64,000 nucleotides of DNA, from the NCBI GenBank assembly GCA_963664705.1, contig OY761556.1:576001-640000 (forward strand), given 5' to 3'. The stretch is from Acidobacteriota bacterium. GTDB lineage: Bacteria; Acidobacteriota; UBA6911. Both the position numbers and the translations under genes were made by a program. The notes under the pieces were generated by a model. The model was not told the origin of the DNA and made no database searches. It saw only the letters and a program-made list of their open reading frames with translations. Positions 28,553-38,672 of the stretch are shown here, in pieces; position 1 is the first letter of the stretch, and each line of letters opens with the position of its first letter.

Positions 28553-29578
28553 ATGGACGTTCAATCGATGGTTGCCAACGATTCAGAATTGGTGGAAAGA
28601 CTCCGTGTCGGTCATCGCGGAATTATGAAGGAACTGAGGAAGGTGATTATTGCGCAGAAAACCGTGGTGGATCAGGCGCTGATATCGCTTCTCGTCGGAG
28701 CGCATTCCATGATTACCGGCGTTCCCGGCCTTGCGAAAACGCTGCTCATCAAAACGCTTGCGCAGATTTTGGATCTAAGCTTTAAGAGGATCCAATTTAC
28801 GCCTGACCTGATGCCCGCCGACATAACCGGAACCGATATCATCCAGGAAGATGTCGGTACCGGCAAACGCGAGCTTGTATTTATGAAGGGACCGATTTTT
28901 GCGAACATATTGTTGGCCGACGAAATCAACCGCACGCCGCCCAAGACCCAGGCTGCGCTGCTTGAGGCAATGGAAGAACTGCAGGTAACCGTTCAGGGTA
29001 TTACTTACCGGATGGAACGCCCATTTTTTGTTCTGGCAACGCAGAACCCGATTGAACTCGAGGGAACATACCCTCTCCCTGAGGCCCAGTTGGACCGGTT
29101 TATGTTCAATGTCGTCATCGATTACCTTGGAGAAGAAGATGAGCATACGGTTGTAACGACAACAACGGTGCCGCAGGATATTCGGCTCGAAAGGACCGTC
29201 ACGGGTCCGGACATCATTGCATTTCAGGAACTTGTGCGCCGCGTGCCGGTTCCTGAATCCGTATCCCGATATGCGGTGGCTCTGGTGAGAGCCAGCAGGC
29301 CCGGTATCACTAACCCCCCGCAGGAGTTCATAAAGGAATTTGTCAGTTGGGGAGCCAGCCCGCGGGCAGCCCAGTATCTTATGCTTGCGGGCAAAGCTCG
29401 GGCATTGCTGCACGGTCGGTTCAATGTATCGGTGGAGGACGTCCAGGAGTTGGCCTATCCCGTTATGCGCCATCGGATTTTGACAAACTTTCATGCCGAA
29501 TCGCAGAAGGTCTCCACAGATGAGATTATTCGCCGTCTCCTGGAAGTAGTGCCTGTTCCCAAATCCGGCCTTCGCTAG
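28553..29578 (+). CDS. moxR: MoxR-family AAA+ ATPase
   Basis: GVPGLAKT, RIQFTPDLMPADITG, LLADEINRTPPKTQAALLEAM, ATQNPIELEGTYPLPEAQLDRF. Confidence 0.96.
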   Translation: MDVQSMVANDSELVERLRVGHRGIMKELRKVIIAQKTVVDQALISLLVGAHSMITGVPGLAKTLLIKTLAQILDLSFKRIQFTPDLMPADITGTDIIQEDVGTGKRELVFMKGPIFANILLADEINRTPPKTQAALLEAMEELQVTVQGITYRMERPFFVLATQNPIELEGTYPLPEAQLDRFMFNVVIDYLGEEDEHTVVTTTTVPQDIRLERTVTGPDIIAFQELVRRVPVPESVSRYAVALVRASRPGITNPPQEFIKEFVSWGASPRAAQYLMLAGKARALLHGRFNVSVEDVQELAYPVMRHRILTNFHAESQKVSTDEIIRRLLEVVPVPKSGLR

Positions 29579-29609
29579 TTGCGGGCCTTAATGATCGATT
29601 GAGATTAGT

Positions 29610-30509
29610 ATGAGCGATTTTCAGGCAACCCGTTTCCTTGATCCTCAAGCCCTGACTCGAATTGCCTCGCTGGAACTCATAGCCAGAACGGTGGTGGAGG
29701 GATTTATCTCAGGGCTGCATCGATCTCCGCACCTGGGATTCAGTGTGGATTTTGCGGAATACAGTCCCTACAGACCCGGTGATGATATTCGCAAAATTGA
29801 CTGGAAGGTGTATGCCCGAACAGATCGGTTCTTTATCAAAAACTATGAGGGGGAGACCAATACCAGCATACATCTCATTCTCGACTGCAGCCGATCCATG
29901 TCTTATGGCAGCCAGGCAGTCACCAAACTTGCCTACGGCCAGTACCTGGCTGCGTCGCTCGGCTATTTTGCATTTAAACAGAGAGATGCTGTGGGATTTG
30001 TATCCTACGATGAAGATGTTATTCGCTACGTTCCAGCGCGCGGGTCGGTGGGACATCTGAATACAGTGCTTCACGCCATTGAAAATTCCGAACCTGGGAA
30101 AAAGACCAGTTTTGTAAAACCATTGGTGAGTGTCGCCGAACGGCTTCGAAGACGCGGGATCGTTATTGTGATATCCGATCTATATGATGAGCCTGAAAAG
30201 GTCATCAGCGGATTGAGGCACCTGGCTTATCGCGGGAATGATGTTATTGTGTTTCAAATCCTGGATCCGGCAGAAATTCGATTTGATTTTCCCGAGGCGG
30301 CTCAGTTCGTGGATTTGGAAACACGGGCTGAAATGCTGGTGGTCCCGGAATATATTCGCCAGGAGTATCGCCGCGTGCTCCAGGCGCAGATTGCCGACTA
30401 TGAAAAGGAATGCCGGAAAGATCGAATGGATTTTTTTCAGATCGATACCTCGCAGCCTTTGGATCAGGCATTGTTCAACTATCTGGTGCGTAGAGAGCAA
30501 TTATATTAG
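29610..30509 (+). CDS. DUF58 (vWA-like) protein
   Basis: GLHRSPHLGFSVDFAEY..Y.PGDDIRKIDWKVYART, LDCSRSM, VVISD. Confidence 0.93.
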   Translation: MSDFQATRFLDPQALTRIASLELIARTVVEGFISGLHRSPHLGFSVDFAEYSPYRPGDDIRKIDWKVYARTDRFFIKNYEGETNTSIHLILDCSRSMSYGSQAVTKLAYGQYLAASLGYFAFKQRDAVGFVSYDEDVIRYVPARGSVGHLNTVLHAIENSEPGKKTSFVKPLVSVAERLRRRGIVIVISDLYDEPEKVISGLRHLAYRGNDVIVFQILDPAEIRFDFPEAAQFVDLETRAEMLVVPEYIRQEYRRVLQAQIADYEKECRKDRMDFFQIDTSQPLDQALFNYLVRREQLY

Positions 30510-30518
30510 CCAACACGA

Positions 30519-30546
30519 CTGACTACTGACTACTGACTACTGACTA
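30519..30546. repeat. Perfect heptamer tandem repeat (CTGACTA)x4
   Basis: Four exact copies. The last A is the A of the downstream ATG. Confidence 0.92.
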
Positions 30547-32672
30547 TGAATTTTGTGAATCCTCTTTTTCTGATTGGCGGGCTGGCGGCAGGGATTCCGA
30601 TCCTCCTGCACCTTATCAGAAGGGAGCATGCCAGGAAGATCGAGTTCTCGACTCTGATGTTTCTGCAGCGTGTTTCCAGGCGTTCTATTCGATATCAAAA
30701 ACTGCGGCACCTTCTGCTCCTGCTTTTGCGAATTCTGGCTTTCCTGCTGATCGTCCTTGCCTTCATGCGGCCCTATCGGGAAAAGGCGCAGGCGAGTGCG
30801 TCCATTGGCAGAATATCGACGGCACATATTATTGTCGTGGATAACTCGTTGAGCATGGCGTACCGCGACCATTGGGATAAAGCCAAGGAGGCCGCAGTTC
30901 GCATTATTCACAAGTCTGAGCCAGGCGATAAATTTGCGATACTCCAGTTTTCGGATAGAACGGTAGCCAGGACGGCTTTCATCGCGGGATCGTCCGAGGC
31001 TGAGAGCGAGGTCCGTCATCTGGAATTGAGTGATCAGGCGACCCGATATGCTCAAGCGCTGCGGGTGGCAGAAAGGTTTGCCCTTGATGCCGGTACCCGG
31101 AAGCGGATCATTCACCTCATTTCCGATTTTCAAAAAAACGGCTGGATGGCGGAAGAACGCGATTTTCAACTGGGCGCAGGCATTGAGCTGGATCCCATAG
31201 ATGTGGGATCCGCGGATTTCAGCAATCTCGCGTTTAGAGATGTTCACCTGGCAGGAAACGATCTGGCCCAGGGAAGCGAGATCAGCATTAACGCATCCGT
31301 CGAGAATTATGGGAAACTGGATCGCAAAAACATTTTGATAAAACTGTTTTTGGATGGACGTTCTGTCGCGGAAAAACGGGTAGATATCGGGTCCGGGGCA
31401 TCCCAGGGGATTGAATTTTCCTTGCCAGGGCTCACGTCAGGCATTCATCCTGCGGTGCTGGAGGTCGAAGACCCATATCTGGCGCGAGATAATCGGTTTT
31501 ATATGACGGTCGAGGCCAGAACCAAGACTCTCGTCCAGGTGGTCGAAACCGAAAATACGGATGAGCGGCATTCTCCAGGGTATTTCCTTTCCAAAGCCCT
31601 GAATATCGATACGCTTTCTCCATACAGGATGGCGGTTGTTTCGCCGCAAAATCCTGCGATCAGCGGGAGCCTCCTGATATGGAACAGCACCACAGGTGGA
31701 ACCGCCGGTGTTCAGGAGAAGATACGAGCCTTTGTGAAATCCGGAGGTGGGCTGGCCATAACCATGCCGGAGGGTCTGCAGGCGTCCGAATTCAATCGAA
31801 CTTTCGGCTCCTGGCTTCCCATCAGATATATGGAGGGAACCAACCCCTCGTCCTTTTCCAGGCGACCTTCGGAGGACTATGCCTTGATGACGGCTATCCG
31901 GATGGATCATCCAGTTTTCAAGCCGTTCAGTCAGCCTAATTCCGGGTCGTTCTCCGGCGTTCGATTTTTCCGACATGCTAAACTATCGGTAGGTTCTGCT
32001 GCGGATATCCTGGCTCGATTTGATAATGGTGACCCTGCGCTTATTGCTGTTGCAATCGAAGCCGGTCGCGTGCTGGTTTTCCCCTCCTCGGCCGATGATT
32101 CGTCCAACGATCTCCCCTTGAAAGCCGTTTACGCGCCTTTCTGGCAACAGGCACTTCATTTTCTGGAAAACTTTCAGGAAAGGCGACCGTGGATGGAGGT
32201 GGGCGCGACGTTGTCTCCCAAGACGCTGCTGTCAGACACAGCCCTCAGGCAAGGGAAAGGGCTTGCGAATAGCGAGGCGTCCGTTGCCATCCTCGATCCG
32301 AGAAGGCAGCGGCTCCCTTTATTGCCGGGCGATGCCGCGCTTACACTGGAAACTGCGGGGTTTTATGAAATCCGGGCAATGCATTGGAATATACCCGTAG
32401 CGGTCAATCCGGCGGCAAAGGAATCCGATTTGGAACATGGGAATGCAGAAGAAATGGCGGCAGGTTGGATGGCCTCTAATCCTTCCATGTTGCATCAGGA
32501 TGAGCGATTAGGCCTGGATGATCTGGATCGCCGGCAGCGATTATGGGTTCTGATTCTGATAGGAGCCGCAGTCCTTTTGATTGCTGAATTGATTTTATCC
32601 AACGCTCATCCTGTTTCGCGCGGACAGGAAAGGCCGGTTGGACATGTGCCCATAGCCAGGCGTCAGGCTTAA
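30546..32672 (+). CDS. BatA N-terminal domain / vWA membrane protein
   Basis: MNFVNPLFL...PILLHLI, LLLLLRILA, VVDNSLSM, HLISDFQ, DNRFY, C-terminal TM. Confidence 0.88.
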   Translation: MNFVNPLFLIGGLAAGIPILLHLIRREHARKIEFSTLMFLQRVSRRSIRYQKLRHLLLLLLRILAFLLIVLAFMRPYREKAQASASIGRISTAHIIVVDNSLSMAYRDHWDKAKEAAVRIIHKSEPGDKFAILQFSDRTVARTAFIAGSSEAESEVRHLELSDQATRYAQALRVAERFALDAGTRKRIIHLISDFQKNGWMAEERDFQLGAGIELDPIDVGSADFSNLAFRDVHLAGNDLAQGSEISINASVENYGKLDRKNILIKLFLDGRSVAEKRVDIGSGASQGIEFSLPGLTSGIHPAVLEVEDPYLARDNRFYMTVEARTKTLVQVVETENTDERHSPGYFLSKALNIDTLSPYRMAVVSPQNPAISGSLLIWNSTTGGTAGVQEKIRAFVKSGGGLAITMPEGLQASEFNRTFGSWLPIRYMEGTNPSSFSRRPSEDYALMTAIRMDHPVFKPFSQPNSGSFSGVRFFRHAKLSVGSAADILARFDNGDPALIAVAIEAGRVLVFPSSADDSSNDLPLKAVYAPFWQQALHFLENFQERRPWMEVGATLSPKTLLSDTALRQGKGLANSEASVAILDPRRQRLPLLPGDAALTLETAGFYEIRAMHWNIPVAVNPAAKESDLEHGNAEEMAAGWMASNPSMLHQDERLGLDDLDRRQRLWVLILIGAAVLLIAELILSNAHPVSRGQERPVGHVPIARRQA

Positions 32673-32689
32673 GAGGCCGGGGAGGATCT

Positions 32690-35600
32690 ATGAATGCCTA
32701 CGGGAGCCTGTTGACAACGATACGACAGGTGCGTCGGAAATGGCGCTCCCAGATTCTGGTCAAAGGAATTTCCTTGTTCCTTGCCTCCACGATTGCCTTC
32801 CTCATGCTGGGCGTTTGGGGCGCGGATCTCTTTGGATTCAAGTCTTCCGTGGTTTGGATGATCCGTATTCTAGCCGGGGCAACGGTTCTTTTTACGGGGT
32901 GGTATTTTCTCTGCGTTCCGCTTCGAGCCCGGATAACCAATGTTCAAATTGCACGGTTTGTCGAAGAGAAATATCCCCAATTGGAGGATCGACTTGTTGC
33001 GGCGGTGGAACACGGAGGGAATGCGGCAGAATCGAAGAGCATGATCGATCTTCTCATTAAAGATGCTTTGGATAAGACAGCTGCGATCGATCTGTCGGTG
33101 TTTTTGGATCGCAAACGGCTGCTGTCCTTCGCATTGACCGGGTTTTCCGCACTGCTGGGACTTTTCCTGTTGTTGAATTGGGGGCCGTCATTCTTTCCTT
33201 ACGGGTTCAGTTATCTGTATGCACCATGGACGCAAGCCTCTCTCGGTTCATCTCTGATGATCAAAATCGCTCCCGGCGATGTTGAACTGGCAAAGGGATC
33301 GGATCAGCAGATTCACGCGCAGTTGATCGGGTTTGATTCTTCCGACGTCCGTTTGCTTTCTCAGGTTGAGGGTTCCGCGACATGGAATGCTTCGGTGATG
33401 GAGCCCGAGTCGCGCGGGAGCGGTTTTCAATACCTGCTGGTGGATCTTCGGTCCTCAGTTCGTTACTACGTCGAATCGAAGGGAGTGAAATCCAAAGCTT
33501 GCCTGATTCGCGTTCAGGATCTGGCGAAAGTCGATGCCATCGATCTGACGTATCATTTCCCCGCGTATGCCGGGATGGTTGATCAGACGGTGCGAAATGA
33601 GGGGGATATTTCGGCGCTGAAAGGGACAAGAGTGGATCTGCGGATTCGTCTCAGCCGTCCAGCTGAATCGGCCCGACTCTTGTTTGACAATCAATCGGTT
33701 CTGGATCTTTCGCGAGGTACGGCACAGGACTTTGCCGGCACGCTTACTCTTCAAAGGTCAGGATCCTACGTTGTTCAAATCACCGAACCTCGCGGTTCCA
33801 CTCATCCTGGATCAGCCGAGTATGGCATCGAGGCGCTGGATGACCAGGTTCCAAAGGTGACCATAACCAGGCCGATGCGGGATGTGCGCGCCACCAGCGT
33901 TGAGGAGGTTTTTTCGGAGGTCAAAGGAGAAGATGACATCGGGGTTGGGAAGCTGGAGCTTCACTATTCAGTCAATGGTGGGGCGGAAAGATCGGTGGAT
34001 CTTTACACCGGAAAGCCTCCTAAGACTTCAGTCATCGGGTCCCATACATTCTTACTGGAGGAGTTCGGCCTGCAGCCCGGAGATGTAATTTCCTATTATG
34101 CCAAGGGCTGGGACAACAACAATGCGACCGGGCCTGGCAATGCAAGCTCAGATATCTATTTCATTCAGGTTCGCCCCTTTGAGCAGAAATATACGCAAAA
34201 CCAACAGTCGGGCATGTCCGGGCAGGGGGGAGAGCGGGAGGAAGCGCTCAGCAAGCAGCAGAAGGACATTATCAGCGCGACCTTCAGGCTGATCCGTGAA
34301 AAGAGCAGGATGGAGTCCAAAGAGTACCAGGATGGTCTGAAGTCGCTGGCCCTGGTACAAACCCGTTTGCAGCTGCAGGCGCAAAATGTGGTGGATCGGA
34401 TGCAACGCCGTGGGGCCGTGCAGGTCGATGACAAATTCCGCAAATTGTCCGAATACCTGAGGACCGCCATTCAGGAGATGGAGAAGGCAGCGGCTAATCT
34501 TGGAGCGCAGAAGCCCGACGGAGCAATGCCTAATGAACAAAAGTCCCTCCAGCAGTTGATGCGTGCCGAGAGCCTGTTTCGCGAAATCCAGGTCTCATTT
34601 GCAGCCCAGGGCGGCGGGAGTGGGGCGCAGACAAACGCCGAGGACCTGGCGGATTTGTTCGAGCTGGAATTGAACAAGCTCAAAAACCAGTACGAAACAG
34701 TGCAGCGAGGAGAAGAGCAGGCCCGGGATCAAAAAGTCGACGAGGCAATGGAAAAGCTGAAGGAACTGGCCAGGAGGCAGCAGCAACTCAACGAACGCAA
34801 TCGCATGTTGGGTCAGCAGGGGAAAAGCGCTTCGTCCGGCGGAGAACCCCAAAATCAGCAGGAGTTGATACAGCAGGCGGAGCAAATGCAACGGCAGTTG
34901 CAGCGGTTATCCAGAGAACGCAGCTCTCCTCAGATAAACGAGGCCGGCAGTCAGATCCAGAAGGCGATCGACGAGATGAAAAGGGCTCTCGGCAATTCGC
35001 AAAATCAGAATAGCGCGGAGTCCACAGCTCAGGGGATACGCGCGCTACAGCAGTTGGAAGATGCCGCACGCAAGCTATCCCAGGGTCAAAGAGCCGGATT
35101 TGCCCAGCGTCTTGACGGGGCGGTGGAGGAATCCAAAAGCCTGGTAGAGGAGCAGAAACGAATTCAGGAAGGCCTGGAGCGGCTTTCAAAGGACAAACCT
35201 CCGGCAGGCTTGTCTGAATCCGGCCGCCAGCTTCGTGAAGATATGGTCTCACGGAAAACAAGCCTGGCCGATAGACTCAGAAGTCTGAATAATCAAATTC
35301 AGGATCTCTCGAGGCAGACGCGAAAAAGCCAAAAGGAGACCAGCGACAGATTAGGCGAGGCTGCCAGAGGCATCCAGGACAGCCGCCTCCCGGACCGCAT
35401 CATGAGCGGAAATCCCATGATCCAGAATGGATATTATGACGGCCAGAAACAACGGGAGGATTTTATTCGAGGCAGCCTGGAAGCGCTGAATAAACAGCTG
35501 GAGACGGCCAGAAATAGTGCTGGGCAATCAAAAGAAGGGAAGCTCGAAGAGGCTGCATCACGGGCGCGACAGCTTGCCGAAGGATTGGAATCCATGCAGC

Positions 35601-36187
35601 AGCGCATGAACCAAGCTCAGCAGGGGAAGGAAGGGAACGGCCAGCGGCAAGGTCCACCATCAGCGCGGCAGGATAGTGGGCAGGAACCTCAGGGGCAGAA
35701 GGGTGGTTCAATGCAAACTGGTCCGATTTCAGGCGGACAGGCGGAGGCTACTGTCCGGAATGGCAGACCAAGTCCCGGCACTGATGCCCGCACGCCATCC
35801 GGGAATACGATCGGTCCGCCGATCGGTACCGGAACTCCGGGGAATGAAGAAGCTCGCCAGCTTGGCAGGGAATTACAGCAAAGGCTGACGGATGCGCGGG
35901 ATTTGAAGCCCCTGCTCGATGTGAACTCAACCCAAATGAAAAACCTGGAGAAGGTAATCGAATCGCTGCGAAGGACAGGAGATTATACAAACCAGGGCAA
36001 CCCGGAACAGATTGCCCGGTTGAAGAGCGCTATCGACTATATGCGCAAAGTGGAATTCGATTTGTCCCGGGATCTGGAAAAGCTCAATCAGAGTGAACGA
36101 TATTTGTCCGAAGAGGAGAACGGGTCCCCGGATCGCTACCGTAAGCTGGTCGAGGAGTATTATCGATCCGTTGCCAAAAGCAGGTAA
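32690..36187 (+). CDS. Large DUF4175-like membrane protein with Ig-like domains and long Gln-rich coiled coil
   Basis: Three N-terminal TMs, LEDRLVAAVE, DQVPKVTITRP, EDDIGV, LQPGDVISYYA, Q/E/K-rich helical repeats, C-terminal RYRKLVEEYYRSV. Confidence 0.78.
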   Translation: MNAYGSLLTTIRQVRRKWRSQILVKGISLFLASTIAFLMLGVWGADLFGFKSSVVWMIRILAGATVLFTGWYFLCVPLRARITNVQIARFVEEKYPQLEDRLVAAVEHGGNAAESKSMIDLLIKDALDKTAAIDLSVFLDRKRLLSFALTGFSALLGLFLLLNWGPSFFPYGFSYLYAPWTQASLGSSLMIKIAPGDVELAKGSDQQIHAQLIGFDSSDVRLLSQVEGSATWNASVMEPESRGSGFQYLLVDLRSSVRYYVESKGVKSKACLIRVQDLAKVDAIDLTYHFPAYAGMVDQTVRNEGDISALKGTRVDLRIRLSRPAESARLLFDNQSVLDLSRGTAQDFAGTLTLQRSGSYVVQITEPRGSTHPGSAEYGIEALDDQVPKVTITRPMRDVRATSVEEVFSEVKGEDDIGVGKLELHYSVNGGAERSVDLYTGKPPKTSVIGSHTFLLEEFGLQPGDVISYYAKGWDNNNATGPGNASSDIYFIQVRPFEQKYTQNQQSGMSGQGGEREEALSKQQKDIISATFRLIREKSRMESKEYQDGLKSLALVQTRLQLQAQNVVDRMQRRGAVQVDDKFRKLSEYLRTAIQEMEKAAANLGAQKPDGAMPNEQKSLQQLMRAESLFREIQVSFAAQGGGSGAQTNAEDLADLFELELNKLKNQYETVQRGEEQARDQKVDEAMEKLKELARRQQQLNERNRMLGQQGKSASSGGEPQNQQELIQQAEQMQRQLQRLSRERSSPQINEAGSQIQKAIDEMKRALGNSQNQNSAESTAQGIRALQQLEDAARKLSQGQRAGFAQRLDGAVEESKSLVEEQKRIQEGLERLSKDKPPAGLSESGRQLREDMVSRKTSLADRLRSLNNQIQDLSRQTRKSQKETSDRLGEAARGIQDSRLPDRIMSGNPMIQNGYYDGQKQREDFIRGSLEALNKQLETARNSAGQSKEGKLEEAASRARQLAEGLESMQQRMNQAQQGKEGNGQRQGPPSARQDSGQEPQGQKGGSMQTGPISGGQAEATVRNGRPSPGTDARTPSGNTIGPPIGTGTPGNEEARQLGRELQQRLTDARDLKPLLDVNSTQMKNLEKVIESLRRTGDYTNQGNPEQIARLKSAIDYMRKVEFDLSRDLEKLNQSERYLSEEENGSPDRYRKLVEEYYRSVAKSR

Positions 36188-36272
36188 GGAAGACTGTATT
36201 CTCTGAATTTGCACGCTTTCGCATGAGATCCGGCCATGCCTGGCCCGATTGTGTAGGGCCGCATTATTCTCA

Positions 36273-36300
36273 TTGCCAAGATTCCTGCCGGTGATACGAT
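36273..36300 (+). promoter_or_regulatory. Candidate sigma70 promoter for the UDP-GlcA decarboxylase gene
   Basis: TTGCCA-16 nt-TACGAT with a TG extension. Confidence 0.45.
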
Positions 36301-36356
36301 CAAGGAGATTTGATATCTCCGTTGCACACGGCATGCGTTCTTTCGGGAGGCCCTGG

Positions 36357-37298
36357 ATGCGAATAGTAATTACGGGTGGTGCGGGTTTTCTTGGCAGTCA
36401 TTTGTGTGATCGCCTGCTGAAATTGGGACACGAGGTTATCTGCCTGGACAACCTCTTGACCGGAACGGTCGACAATATCGCCCACCTGATGGGAAATGAG
36501 AGGTTTCAGTTCTTTAAGCATGATGTGACGGAATACATTTTTATCGGTCAGCCGGTTGACGCGGTTATGCATTTTGCCTCCCCCGCGAGTCCCCGCGATT
36601 ATCTCGAGTTGCCGATTCAGACTCTGAAGGTTGGAGCCCTTGGTACCCACAAGACCATTGGACTCGCCAAGCATAAGAAGGCCCGATTCCTCATGGCAAG
36701 CACCTCGGAAAGCTATGGGGATCCGTTGGTGAATCCGCAACCCGAAACCTATTGGGGGAATGTCAATCCTATTGGATTGCGCGGAGTATATGACGAGGCC
36801 AAGCGGTTTGCGGAGGCACTCGTAATGGCGTATTACCGCTATCACAAGGTGGACACGCGTATCGCGCGTATATTCAACACCTATGGCCCGCGCATGCGTC
36901 CGCATGACGGACGCGTGGTTTCCAATTTTATAGTGCAGGCGCTCAAAGGCGAACCGCTCACTGTGTATGGCAAAGGTGACCAGACACGGAGTTTCTGCTA
37001 TGTCGAGGATGAGGTCGATGGATTAATCCGGCTCCTGCTGGTTCCGGAAAGCGAAGAGGTACATCTGCCTGTCAACATTGGGAATCCGCAGGAGCTTACG
37101 GTGCTCGAAATTGCAGAGAAGGTGATCCGCCTGACCGGTTCGAGCAGCGGCATTATCCATGAACCGTTGCCGGAGGATGATCCCAAAGTGCGTCGCCCCG
37201 ATATCACCCGTGCGGGACGTTTATTGGACTGGGCTCCGCGAATACCTCTGGAAGAAGGGTTGCGCCGCACCATCGAATACTTCAGATCCAAATTATAG
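36357..37298 (+). CDS. uxs: UDP-glucuronate decarboxylase (UDP-xylose synthase)
   Basis: [72 protein letters not shown] precedes ATG 36357. Confidence 0.92.
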   Translation: MRIVITGGAGFLGSHLCDRLLKLGHEVICLDNLLTGTVDNIAHLMGNERFQFFKHDVTEYIFIGQPVDAVMHFASPASPRDYLELPIQTLKVGALGTHKTIGLAKHKKARFLMASTSESYGDPLVNPQPETYWGNVNPIGLRGVYDEAKRFAEALVMAYYRYHKVDTRIARIFNTYGPRMRPHDGRVVSNFIVQALKGEPLTVYGKGDQTRSFCYVEDEVDGLIRLLLVPESEEVHLPVNIGNPQELTVLEIAEKVIRLTGSSSGIIHEPLPEDDPKVRRPDITRAGRLLDWAPRIPLEEGLRRTIEYFRSKL

Positions 37299-37427
37299 AA
37301 CCTGCTGATAAATGGCGAATCCAGTCGCAGCAGGGATATTTCGTGAGCTTCATTCAACAAATCAAGAACGTGAGAAGCGGATAGGTGCGTCGCTGTGGTA
37401 TGATCTCCGGTTTTAGGAGGTGTGGCT

Positions 37428-38600
37428 ATGAATGTGCCGCTATTGGATCTGCAGGCGCAGTACGCAACAATAAAGGATAAGGTTCATGCTGCCGTTGACA
37501 ACGTTTTTGAATCGCAGCGTTTTGTTCTTGGGGCCCAGGTGGCTGGCCTCGAGGAGGAAATCGCCCGGTTCTGCGGAGTCCCGTATGCGGTTGGAGTTGC
37601 CTCAGGTACTGATGCGTTGCTGCTTTCGCTGAAGGCTGTCGGCGTTAATCCGGGAGATGCGGTTGTTACCGTTCCGTTTACTTTTTTTGCCACGGCCGGA
37701 ACAATTGTGAATGTGGGGGCCACCCCATTTTTCGTCGACATAGAGCCAAAAGGCTTTGAGATGGATCCGGCGAAGCTGTCGGAGTTCTTTACGCGCGAAT
37801 GCACATACAATCCAGGAGCCCGGCAGACCGTTCACAAAGCATCCCAAAAAATCGTTAAGGCCATTGTGCCGGTTCATCTGTATGGACAATGCGTCGATAT
37901 GGATGAGATTCTGGAAATTGCCCGGACTTATAATGTCTCCGTTATTGAAGATGCCTGTCAAGCTATCGGGGCCACGTACAAGGATAGAAAAGCTGGCGCG
38001 ATGGGAGACCTGGGATGCTTCAGCTTCTTTCCCTCCAAGAACCTGGGTGGAGCCGGCGATGGCGGCATGGTTACATCTTCCAATCCTCAGCTTGCCGATC
38101 GTGTCCGTTTGCTCCGAACCCACGGGGCGCACCAGAGATATCTTCATGCAATTGTGGGGTTCAATAGTCGCCTGGATGAACTGCAGGCAGCCGTTCTGCG
38201 AGTAAAACTGCCGTATCTCGAAAGCTGGTCCAGCGCGCGCGCCGAAAATGCCAGGAAGTACGGCGAAAGCTTCAAGGCGGCCGGGCTGCTTTCCCGGGTC
38301 CGCCCGCCGCAGGTGCTGCAGGACCGGTCGCACATTTTTCATCAGTATGTCATTCGCTGCGAGATGAGGGATAAGCTGCTGGCCGCATTAAAGGCGGCCG
38401 GGATCGGAACCGAAGTGTATTATCCGGTTTCCTTGCACGAACAGGAGTGCTTCCAGTCTTTGGGTTATTCGGCGGCGGATCTTCCTGAATCGCACGCAGC
38501 TACCGAGGATTCGCTGGCGCTTCCGATCTATCCGGAATTGACCGATATTCAAAGGCAATATGTGGTGGACACTATTGCGGAGTTTTATCGGCAACAGTAG
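37428..38600 (+). CDS. DegT/DnrJ/EryC1/StrS sugar aminotransferase
   Basis: VPLLDLQAQY, ASGTDAL, EDACQAIG, SFFPSKNLGGAGDGG, NSRLDELQAA. RBS AGGAGG. Confidence 0.93.
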   Translation: MNVPLLDLQAQYATIKDKVHAAVDNVFESQRFVLGAQVAGLEEEIARFCGVPYAVGVASGTDALLLSLKAVGVNPGDAVVTVPFTFFATAGTIVNVGATPFFVDIEPKGFEMDPAKLSEFFTRECTYNPGARQTVHKASQKIVKAIVPVHLYGQCVDMDEILEIARTYNVSVIEDACQAIGATYKDRKAGAMGDLGCFSFFPSKNLGGAGDGGMVTSSNPQLADRVRLLRTHGAHQRYLHAIVGFNSRLDELQAAVLRVKLPYLESWSSARAENARKYGESFKAAGLLSRVRPPQVLQDRSHIFHQYVIRCEMRDKLLAALKAAGIGTEVYYPVSLHEQECFQSLGYSAADLPESHAATEDSLALPIYPELTDIQRQYVVDTIAEFYRQQ

Positions 38601-38612
38601 ATTCGGCGGTGC

Positions 38613-38650
38613 AAAAAAAATGGCTCGGAGAGCTGAATTCTCCGAGCCAT
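38613..38650 (-). terminator. Rho-independent terminator of the PBP / 422-aa gene unit
   Basis: 12-bp stem ATGGCTCGGAGA / TCTCCGAGCCAT, 7-nt loop, A8 tract on the left (U tail on minus strand). Confidence 0.85.
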
Positions 38651-38672
38651 CCTGCCTTCAAGAGACCGGATG

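Noticed and set aside
30519-30546. Possible CRISPR or mini-array
   Set aside because: Spacer-less 7-nt tandem repeat with no cas genes in the window.
34190-35900. CAG-rich repetitive-looking DNA
   Set aside because: Explained by the Gln-rich coiled coil of the DUF4175-like protein.
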